A stretch of DNA of 64,000 nt from contig NW_018403901.1 in NCBI RefSeq assembly GCF_002113885.1, positions 252,755 to 316,754 on the forward strand, given 5' to 3'. Source of the DNA: Mizuhopecten yessoensis. Taxonomy: Eukaryota. Made by a program: the position numbers and the translations under genes. Under the pieces are notes generated by a model that saw nothing but the letters and a program-made list of their open reading frames with translations, made no database searches and had not been told where the DNA came from. Shown one piece after another: positions 52,721-64,000 of this stretch (position 1 is the stretch's first letter; the number at the start of each line of letters is the position of its first letter).

Positions 52721-54439
52721 AAAGCATTTGACATGGTAAGTCAATCATAACAATCACATAAATTCAAATCATATTCGATGTAAGGAAATATTATTAAAAT
52801 GTTCTAAATTAATATCTACCAAATACGACAGGCAACAGCGTAATAAATGCGCCAACGTTGAGTTGGTGTGGCGTAATTTTTGGGGTTTCACCAGGTTGAT
52901 TTTTAGACCAAAGATTTGTTTTTGCCATGTTTTATTGATCCGCCATGTTTTAAAACAATTAAACGCGTTACTTTTTGCTGAAGATCGCAACACTCTGGTA
53001 GAGATATATCAGATTGTGAGCAATTGCAGAAAAATATTGGAAAGGTGCATCATTGTTGCAAAGGTAAGAAATAGTTGCCGAACTGTATATTTTCTTTGAA
53101 GAAAAATTAAATAAATACCTTATAATAGGAGGAGAGATCTTGATAAAAAAAAATTGTGAAAGCATTGGGTCTATGTTTGACTCTAGATATAAATTTTAAT
53201 GTTCGCAATGGGAAAAAAAGTATCTTAATCTATGCAAATGTTAAGGATTTTAAAACGTTCATGCAAACGTTTTACAAATATTACATATATTTAGACTTTG
53301 AACAAAACGTTTGAACTTAGCTTAAGTACTGTGTTGAATTGTTGATTTCTTTCAGTCCTTTTTATACATTATTTTGGAATGGCCAAATGTATTCTTAATG
53401 ATTCCTATTTTAAAGCAAAACTGAATTCAGATGCCAAATCATATTCAATGTCCATAAGCGTTTTAACTTTCAATATTTGAAAACATTTATAAACCCTGTT
53501 TTCCCTTTTTAAATGTATCCTCTTTGTCCCGTTCTTATTTCATTTTGCAATTTTTATCACATATCACGACAGAAATTTTAGACATTTTGCAAAAGTTCAT
53601 TTTGAAGATTTTATATATTTCCTCATAAGTCAAAGACATTTCAACATTGGACCATTTATTCTGAAATATCAGGTGTTACAATTTTCGCTATTTACTGATC
53701 GTCATTCTGTTGTTCTTGCGTTTATCTGTAACTACGTCACACTGGCTACAAACCAAGTACCTTTTTATATGATAGGTTAAATTCACCTGATTTGTTGTTC
53801 TTACGGTGTGCAGCGTGGCTTTGGCAACTATAAAACATAAAGCAATTTTAAACACGAAGCATGATCCAGTATGCATATTAAAGTGTTACGTCACAGTGAA
53901 CTTGATCTTTGACATTTGTACGCAACAACGTGTAGGGCTATAAAGCCACCATTTGGTAGGATGAATGCACATTACAGAGTACTCGGGTTATAGTCACTTT
54001 AACTGAGGTGGTGAACCCAGCGTTTTTATTTAACTTTATGTTGTGTGTAGGGGTGATCAACTATGTTTTTCTCAACACACAAATACAGACTTAGAACTCA
54101 AAATATATACAGTGTACGAACAGACACCATTAGGGGAAGACGAGGCACGGACATAATGTTAGATCAATTGTGATCTGGTTTAATTGGCATGGATGATGTC
54201 ATTCTTGTTTTATGTGCATGGCACAAAAATAAACTTCCTTACAAAGTGTTTGTGCATTCAATACCAACACACACCGATATTAATATTATATCAGCTTTAT
54301 AGAAATAAACTCGCGTGTTATACATGAGATAACGATCATGTCATTGAAACCTTTGGACTTTGTTGTATTTCTTAAGTATGTTTTGTGTTTCATGGTTAAG
54401 GGCATATAAAAGGAATACTGCGTGAAATGCCGATATTGT

Positions 54440-54517
54440 TAAATATGAGCTTCTTAGAGTAATTTTGCAAATTGGATAGGGCGCTATATAAATGTTGTGT
54501 ATCATCATCATTATTAA
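54440..54517 (+). mobile_element. 3' tail fragment of a CR1/L2-type LINE or SINE
   Basis: ggcgctatataaatgttgtgtatcatcatcattatta. Confidence 0.45.
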
Positions 54518-54879
54518 CGCCATTACCACATTTATTACTACCAGAGATACCTTAGGAACTTATAAACCATAAAAGGAACAAGTTATGTATCAATTTTTAA
54601 CGTTAATCATAATGTTATTTGAAGAATCTCGTTACTTTGTAAAGCTTTTTAATATTTCTGAATATGTGTAGACCATATATATGCTTCACAGTCATAATAT
54701 ATATACAGTATGTAGATCTTCACAATGTTGGTCGGTCCCAATTTATGTGTAACATTTACAGCTCCGTAATGGCCGCCGTTGGTATATTAAGTATATACAC
54801 ACATATATATTGAGGTACTGTCATACAATGACAAATACAATGTATCAGTTCATGCACAAACACATTGTATATTTAATTA

Positions 54880-55080
54880 AGTTATAAAGAAAACGAAGCA
54901 GAAACCACAAAAGAAGAACTTTGAACGTAAAATCGATATTTGAAGACAAAAACAAGAACTCAGATATTACTATTTTCACCGGAACGGCACCGTTGACATA
55001 GACACATAACCCGGATATATAAACAGGTATTCCGGAAAGATAGGCGTTTCTTCAACAATATGTGGCACCTGTCATAATGT
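54880..55080 (-). mobile_element. Possible Penelope-like element end fragment (a related fragment lies at ~60140-60215, +)
   Basis: - strand ggtgccacatattgttgaagaaacgcctatctttccggaatacctg resembles a common bivalve repeat end (recalled). Confidence 0.3.
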
Positions 55081-55664
55081 CCCCAACCAGGGGAAGTGTA
55101 TTAGTCCTTAATTATCCAGGTTGAATGTACAAGTCTTTAGTAATGATATAAATATAAACCTTATTTGTGGAATCGGGTGATGATACATGTAATATCTAAC
55201 ATCTGATGAAAGTATGTCTGTATATTTTTTTTTAAATTCCTATACTTAGAAGAACATGCTCAGGACTACGTGGTTTGCGGACATGTATCTTCTGCTGAGC
55301 ATTACAGGTACTGTATTAATTTAACAATAATATTAAGTTACACCGGTTATAAGCATTTACGTCAACCAAGGTTACAAGCAAAATGTCTTATTATTATCAA
55401 TCAGTATGATTTTAATTTTAATTTTACTACAAAATGTAGCTATACAGATATCAATATAAACGTAATCAAAGGTCACACGTCAAATAGGTCAAATGATAAA
55501 GTTCTGAAAAGTATTTGCATTATAATGAAACAAATCAACCATTATATTCGATAACTGAGACCTACTAAATGATAAATAAGGGATATATGTTGCTTTCACA
55601 TGTGAAATTATTATCTGATGATTATCAATATAGTACTTATGACTTAATATAGTACTTATGACTT

Positions 55665-57220
55665 AATCTAGCCCTCACATCATCTTTCTTTTATATCATC
55701 TACCCCGCAGTTAATCTAGCCCTCATATCACCCAAATGTCATACCATCTAACCATTATATCACCAACCCTCATATCACCCAAATGTCTTACCATCTAGCC
55801 ATTACATCACCTAACACTCATATCACCTAAATGTCATACCATCTAACCATTATATCACCTAACCCTCATATCACCCAAATGTCTTACCATCTAACCATTA
55901 CATCACCTAACACTCATATCACCTAAATGTCATACCATCTAACCATTATATCACCGAACCCTCATATCACCTAAATGTAATACCATCTAACCATAACATC
56001 ATCTAACCCTCATATCACCTAAATGTCATACCATCTAATCATTATATCACCTAACCCTCATATCACCCAAATGTCATACCATCTAACCATTATATCATCT
56101 AACCCTCATATCACCCAAATGTCATACCATCTAACCATTATATCACCTAACCCTCATATCACCCAAATGTCATACCATCTAACCATTATATCATCTAACC
56201 CTCATATCACCCAAATGTCATACCATCTAACCATTATATCACCTAACACTCATACCACCCAAATGTCATACCATCTAACCTTTTTATCACCTAACCCTCA
56301 TATCACCCAAATGTCATACCATCTAACCATAATATCATCTAACCCTCATATCACCCAAATGTCATACCATCTAACCATTATATCACCTAACCCTCATATC
56401 ACCCAAATGTCAAACCATCTAACAATAATATCATCTAACCCTCATATCACCCAAATGTCATACCATCTAATCATTATATCATCTAACCCTCATATCACCC
56501 AAATGTCATACCATCTAACCATTATATCATCTAACCCTCATATTACCCAAATGTCATACCATCTAACCATTATATCAGCTAACCCTCATATCACCCAAAT
56601 GTCATACCATCTAACCATTATATCTCCTAACCCTCATATCACCCAAATGTCATACCATCTAACCATAATATCATCTAACCCTCATATCACCTAAATGTCA
56701 TACCATCTAACCATTATATCATCTAACCCTCATATTACCCAAATGTCATACCATCTAACCATTATATCAGCTAACCCTCATACCACCCAAATGTCATACC
56801 ATCTAACCATTATATCACCTAACCCTCATATCACCTAAATGTAATACCATCTAACAATAACATCATCTAACCCTCATATCACCTAAATGTCATACCATCT
56901 AATCATTATATCATCTAACCCTCATATCAACCAAATGTCATACCATCTAACCACTATATCATCTAACCCTCATATCTCCCAAATGTCATACCATCTAACC
57001 AGTATATCACCTAACCCTCATATCACCTAAATGTCATACCATCTAATCATTATATCACCTAACCCTCATATCACCCAAATGTCATACCAACTAACCATAA
57101 TATCATCTAACCCTCATATCACCTAAATGTCATACCATCTAACCATAATATCATCTAACCCTCATATCACCCAAATGTCATACCATCTAATCATTATATC
57201 ATCTAACCCTCATATCATCT
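55665..57220. repeat. Minisatellite, 48-bp unit made of three diverged 16-mers, ~31 copies
   Basis: aaccctcatatcacct / aaatgtcataccatct / aaccattatatcacct repeated; explains the 16-aa-periodic ORF 56023-56694. Confidence 0.96.
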
Positions 57221-57941
57221 TTTCTTTTTTTAGTTTAACCTTTGAATCATCTAATCTCCGTATTACTTAATACAAATACATGCATACCATACTATTTGAG
57301 TTTTAATACCACTCAATAAATCAATTATTATAGGTACTGTGATATTACAGAAAGTCAAACATTAGAGCTGTTATTTAAATGTAATTCAATACATATTCAA
57401 TCTTTTGTTTCCCAGCATAAGAGGAAGGAACTGATTATCAAAGGAACGTGTCCATTTTGTTAGTCTGTTTTCTATTTATGAAATATCTTATCAGGATGTG
57501 GGTCCCTACAGGTGTAAGTTTATAAGTGGCAAACGATCACGATATCCATTATCAATGACATTAGTAGTAAACCTGCTATAAGCTTTCTACCTTTTACTTC
57601 GACAGTTGTTGTATTTTAGGTTATAGAGTGCGGATTGTTTTTTTAATCGTTGTATTCCGTCTTTGCGTATTGCAGAGTTATCTTCTGTTGCGAGTAGATA
57701 TTGATTGTAACGTCATTGGTTTGTGTGAGAAAATTACGTCGTTTTCTCAAAGATTGATGACGTTACACTCACAAAAAAATGACGAATCAATACCTGCTCA
57801 CAAGAGCAGATAACTCTGCAATATGAAAAGACGAAATAACCTGGGGTGTCGTTGGTTTGTCGTCTAAGTGTACTTTTTTGTTGGTATTTAGATTTTAATA
57901 GAAAATAAATACACTGCTACAATATGATTATGATTGACTTT

Positions 57942-58296
57942 GCTTCGTGCGATAGTCTAGTGGTAGGACACCGGGCTCGTGCTCGAAGGGTTGTGGGTTC
58001 GAGTCACGGCACGGCACTGTGTTGTATCTTTGAGCAATTTACTTTACTCCTCTTGTTCCAGTCTACTCAGCTGTAAACGAGTACGCGGTTGGGCAGTGCT
58101 GGAATTGTTGAATGCTAGTTGTGAGCGCCGAAATAGCAGCACCGGCTGTATGCCCCCAAGGGAGTTGAGAAAGATATTGGCTGGTTGCGAGGGCCCTATA
58201 ACCGCGAATAATAATTTGTGAACCTCTCTGAGATGACCTGCGAACTTGATTGTGATAAAGCGGTATGTAAGAACCTCAACTTATTATTATTATTAT
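57942..58296 (+). mobile_element. tRNA-derived SINE with a CR1/L2-type 3' tail
   Basis: A box tagtctagtgg, B box ggttcgagtc, body gtgttgtatctttgagcaa...ctcagctgtaaacgagtac, tail taaagcggtatgtaagaac...(tta)n. Confidence 0.8.
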
Positions 58297-61200
58297 AAAG
58301 AGAAACGACCTAGAATAGTGGTAACCATGAACTAAAGCTACAAACCATACGAATCAGGAATGTTTTCATCTCATTTTGAAACATATTAAAAAATGTCTGA
58401 AATGCAATTAAACTATTCAAACTGGATTTATTGCATGGAATAAAGATATGCTGAAAACAAGTGTTAAACAGAAAACAGCTTATTACCAAGGCGGTTAATG
58501 CTAGGAGAAACTAGTTCAGATAGATAATTGTAATCAGACCATTATAGTGAAATTCTAATAAATGCTTTAGATTTTTGATTTTAAAAAACGACTTCATTAC
58601 AGATATACCCAATATTTAGTCAATCAATATACAACCTTCGATGAAGTTACATTAATAAAATGATTTTTCTTAATTGTATACTTTTAAGCATGCTTACAAA
58701 CGCAGATAGTCTGTAATATGAGATATTTCCTCATCACAAATCCAACTTTGAGAAAGTTCATTGTTTCCTAACGACAACTATACTCCATGAGGATGTTATG
58801 TGATGTTAAATATAGGGTCAGGCCACAGATACAGAAGTTTACTTATACTTCGTGCTAACACGTCATTTAAAAAATTATTGTTATTTGTTTAAACTAATAC
58901 GTGTTTAAAACCTCAAGAATTGACGTACGTAATTGACATTGAATGCATGCTATCCTGACTTAGTAATTGTTGGGTGACTGTGGTATTTCTATTCGGTTCA
59001 TATTATATTATACAAAATTTAAAATAGTAAAATATACAAAATTGACCCACAATCAATTAAAAGTACTTTTCCTTTTTTCAATTTTTTTTGTAATTATTTG
59101 AAAGCGTATCTCAACGCAATAAAAGTTTCATCTTATTAACTGATTAACACATTACATATACATTGTGTTTGATAATAATACTAAGTGTTACAGGAGGTGG
59201 ACTCGCTTGTATACTGCATGACAATGTCTTAAGCGTTACAGAGAACTGTCTTAAATATATGTCACTTTACATCATATGTATTGTTATGAAGAATTGAAGG
59301 ATTTGCACTCTGTTTAGAGTTTTAGAGGATTGCCACATATCTATGCATTGCTATACACCCTAGTTATTTGTATAATATCCTTTCTGTGTGTCTGTCATGC
59401 TATCTACACCCAGTTCATAAAGCTTTTACTAGTCATTGTGAAATCGATGTCGTTAAGATATTAATACCATTCTTTATTATCGATTGAATCCGTTCTCTAA
59501 TATAAATTCACTTGTAAATATAATGCCATAGTTTTCTGGTATGTTACGTCATTGATCTTGGACTATAGGCATTAATAACTCCTGCAAAACACTAATTTGT
59601 CAGCCTTGACACTTGGATTTACTTGAAATGAAAATTACTTCAGCAGATTTACTTCGCTTACGAACTAACCTGAAATGAATGTGGCTCTAGATCTAACTAA
59701 AGATGACCACTAATTGATTAAAAGTACTTAATAAAAGGGCTTATCTGTAATAAATACTTAATAGCCAATGAGTCGAAATCACCTGAAATGCATGTCGCAC
59801 AATCCAAGTTCTTCAATATATACCATGAGTTGTCACCTTAACTGGCATCATATAGGTTAATCACAACTAAATGTAGTTTTTAAATCTAGATTCTTTTGAT
59901 TTTCCAAACAGATATTTGAAGGCATAATGGTTCCTTACCTCGGTAACATGCTATAAGATTATTTGTCCGACAGATTTAAGCAATCCTTTATTACCTTTTA
60001 TAAGATCCATTATCATGACATAAAATTGCTATAAAATTAATAAAAAATCAATATAACATTATTTCCTAACCTGATTATTTGCTAAAAATGTCAGTGTCTA
60101 CCATCACTAAAGTCCTTATCGTTGATGGTGTTTTATTCTCGTGGATCTGACGTCAGATCTTTTGGTAGGGAGCCACCTTGGTTACATGAATGCTTATCTT
60201 CTGAGTACATTGTTGTGGTATTTGTCCTATTGTTTTGATATATTTTTCGGTTTGTGATATTTACTTTGATCTCCATTTTGACACGTTGATTACTTCACCA
60301 AACTGAATGGATTTCAAATATCTTTTCCAAAATCGAAATAAAAATGCTGTGTTAATGATGGTTTGACCAATCATTAAAATAACATATCAGACTTGAGCAC
60401 AAGTCGGCGATTAAATCCATATTAGATATAATTACATATAATATAATAATTAATGACATATTAAACTTGTATGCTTTAGTGTTATTGGTATTTATGAAAA
60501 TTCGGTAGCTCTTCAATTCCAGATAACTTAATCACAAAATTATCTAAACATCATACAAATGGTATATAAATTACTTGTGACGTTAAATTGAACTTCTGGT
60601 CCAAATTATTAATAATCGATACCAAAATATTTCTTTTGTAAAACATGATTAATGCAAAAGAGAAGGACCTATAACTGTACAAGGCACCTTTACAAATCAT
60701 GTTATCACTTTCAATAGCGCTCCCAACCTTTATGAAGACATTCATTCTTCTGTAGTGTCATGCATGCGCATCGATACTAACGAGTTATGACGTCACACCA
60801 CTATAGCGTGACAATGGTTGGTAGAGCAGGCGAAGTCCCCCCTATAATAAGACATTATCCGTTCAACGTGAGGCTATTGATCACAGCTGTCTGTCTATCT
60901 AATCCGTGGTATACTTTTACCTGCAAGTCAACGGACGCTCTACAACGTTTATTATCACACGTACCGACTTAGTCCAAAATCAATGACATACTGAAGAAGT
61001 TGAAATCAAACCTCAGCTATTGTAAATAGTACTCCGGTCTAAAAAGATAGGTGCTACGAGCCATATCAAAGATAGCAATATCTTATATGTACAAAGTTCT
61101 TGAGTAACATATTTAATCGTGCTGTTTCTTCACGATAATATCCCAATACGTCGGCAAGTGACATTTTATACATAAAAGAGAAAAGAATAGAATTCGAAAA

Positions 61201-63469
61201 ATTGTATTCTTATAATGACACTGCCTATTAATGATATGCTTATGGTAGTCATTCGTTGGCTTTAGGCCTCTCCTCCTCGCAACGATACAATTCAAATATA
61301 TTTTACTAGGATCCTTAACAACAATAAAATGTATAAAAATGTTGCGAATTACTGTAAATTATACTTTTAAATATATAGCTAAAACTTATTGAAAGGAAGA
61401 GCACGAAACATTCCTCAAAGAGTTCAAATGAAACAGAAGTAACAAGATGGCACTCCAAACATAACATAAACACAACCATATGAAATGAAATAAAGCAGTT
61501 TTCTCAGATAAAAAAAATCAACAAGACACAACTACCAAAAATACCACAAAATAGTATAACTAGAAATACCACAAAATAGTATAACTAGAAATACCACAAA
61601 ACACTACATCCTTTGAAGAACAATTGAAACCGTACTTAGAACTAAACAACAAAAAATAAAGAAATAACACAAATCACGACACACCGACACAATACAAAAC
61701 ACAAATCCAAAACATAGTGTACTCTGATACATAACTCAAGAAGTACTCTTTGAAATAACAAAATACACAACTCCCAGCGATACAATAAAACACGTCTTCC
61801 AGAAATAGCAGCAAATAGTAACACCCTATACAACACAAAATCGTACTCTCAAATAAACACAAAAATCTTCTCAGAAATGGTCCACAATACATCTCCCAAA
61901 AATATATAAGACGGTACTACCAGAAAAAACAACGAATATCAATACACTAGTCCGAAAAGTAAAATTTACACTGTTTTGTCAATTCATATAAGTTAGAGGT
62001 GTTATATGTTGGCTAGTATATAAGTGTTTTGTAATCCTTTTTCAGTATTAATAACCTATGTAAATGTGTGTATGTTATATAATGGATCCCACATTCCGCA
62101 TTAAGTTTAAAATCTATGACTATAATTGACTCTGTGTGTGGTCGTCTTGTTTCATACACAATGATCAATATCAGATCAAAGAAAAGATAAATCTTCCAAA
62201 GACAGGTCTAGATTCTAAGTAAAAAACTGTTTTGAACAGTATTCAACGTTTTTGATTATTAATTCATGTAAATGTCATTTACCAGATATTAAATAGGCTT
62301 GATGAAATACTTTCAAACTTTTTAACCTCCAAATCAAATAAATTTGTGCATGAGGTCGTGACATTGACGATGTATAGTAAGAATTGAAATATCTATATTG
62401 TGATAACAGCTAAACCAAGGTATTGGAGTGCAAATTAAAATATAGAATATAGACTTCGATTCCATTTAATATATTCAGTGACGATGTAAATGTGAATGAA
62501 TATCCTCCGTTTAGATCAATACACAAGATATCATACTGCGATCCGTTTTAATCATTGAAAACCGCGCTACTTAACAGATGTCAAAACATCATCTACATGG
62601 GATTGAAGGAGATAGTTCTAAATACTAGTGATAAGTTCCGTTATAAGGTAGTATAATGGAGGTTAACACTTGTATTGATAAGTACAATTCATTAACGCTT
62701 CTTTTCTTGGTTTTTGTTACTCTCGGACTGGAGTTTTGGATCCCATGAAAAGATTATTTATATGTGATTGTACATTCCTATTTGTGTAATAGCATAGAAT
62801 GTGAGCTGGTGTCACGACACTTCTCTAATCTTTTAATGGAAGACGTACATTGCAAGGTAGACAGAGATAAAATATTCTACAGATAGTTTTAATATACGAA
62901 GATATGAACGCCTGGCATAGTGGGGGAATTATAGGGTATATACTTCCATTATATCAGTAATCTAATCATTTCATTCTGGCTGTGTACGTAATGAACGAGC
63001 TATCAATAATGATACGATCTGGGTACAAAACCTGACCAACGTACCAAAGACCTTTACAAATCAAGGACCGGGTATTCTATTGATCATATTGCCTGTAGAT
63101 TCATACACTCTCACGTGTGTATTGGTGTCATATGAACCGAAAAACTACAATAATAACGGTGCGAGCATCTGGCGAGTTTCATAAATTTCATAATAAATAA
63201 AACGAATGAAAGATCCTTTTTATCACATTATCAAGATGTGTTGCATTTATTCGTGTTAAACGAGAATTTTCATGCAACCTTGAAATATAAAAAGTGGCCA
63301 TTTTGACTCCAGTGTGAAAGTATGTGACGTCTTGTACTTGTCCTATGCGTGACGTCACAATTGAAACAACCAATCAGAGGGCTGCTACATGTAGGTCATA
63401 TTGCATGGGTTTATACGCAAAATATATGACATTGGTATATTCACTGGATAACATAGCACATTATGTGAA

Positions 63470-63955
63470 AAATTATATTATCATTGTCTAGCTTAACGGG
63501 GATTATATAAACAATAATAAAACCATATTATCATTGTGTATTGGCTACAGGCTAGGGGTCGTATAAATAAATAATATAACCGTTTTATCATTGCGTAAAG
63601 GCTATATAGGGTTGTATTAAACAAAATAACAATATTACATTTGGCTATAAGCTTAATGGGACTACATAAACGAAATTAAAACCATATTATCATTGTCTTT
63701 AGTTTTACTGGGATTGTATAAATAAGAATAAAATATTAATTATCATCCTATATAGGCTAACGAGGGAATGTTAAATTTACTAGATAACCACATTATCATT
63801 GTCTAAAAGCCAAAGGGGATCGTATTAATAACAATATAATCATATTATCATTGTCCATTGGCTAAAAGAGATTGTATAAATAAACACTACAGCCAAATTA
63901 TCATTGACTAGCTCAACGGCGATTTTATCAATTATAATTAAACCATTATACTGTA
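63470..63955. repeat. Degenerate ~52-bp tandem repeat, ~9 copies
   Basis: Recurring accatattatcattgtct...gggattgtataaa. Confidence 0.8.
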
Positions 63956-64000
63956 TAATTACCTACTGGCTTATCTACACACACCATATATGCTATGTAT

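Noticed and set aside
56023-56694. 223-aa repetitive ORF (MSYHLTIISPNPHITQ)n
   Set aside because: By-product of the 48-bp repeat; neighbouring units contain in-frame TAA and there is no splice or start context.
57942-58010. tRNA gene
   Set aside because: No complete cloverleaf; it continues into a SINE body and tail.
50900-64000. Protein-coding gene in the right-hand 13 kb
   Set aside because: Only short low-complexity ORFs and repeats; no exon chain could be assembled by eye, although small exons could have been missed.

Overview
AT-rich, intron-containing animal DNA, most likely a bivalve mollusc (inferred from the repeat families and gene style). It is not prokaryotic, and most ORFs in the supplied track are spurious. 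Reading splice sites by hand gives three genes. Gene A (- strand, ATG 12669, running off the left edge) encodes a signal peptide, a helical region built from short phase-1 exons, a Thr/Pro mucin stalk and a Ly6/uPAR-like Cys domain. Genes B (15261-20370, +) and C (25620-49691, +) are tandem paralogues encoding type-I membrane proteins with a Cys-rich ectodomain; they share intron phases and a 9-nt Cys-coding microexon. The most striking structure is in gene C. Its Ser/Thr stalk appears to be encoded by up to seven 21-30-nt phase-1 microexons, expanded by a ~2.4-kb intragenic duplication. Every splice combination stays in frame and gives a Ser/Pro/Thr/Ala junction codon, and the duplicated microexons look more diverged than their flanking introns. 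Non-coding features: three large minisatellites (32, 81 and 48 bp units, one with an internal inversion), several Crypton-like hairpin elements with tandem G.A mismatches, two degenerate hammerhead-ribozyme-like motifs and a tRNA-derived SINE. All gene models are manual predictions with no transcript support.
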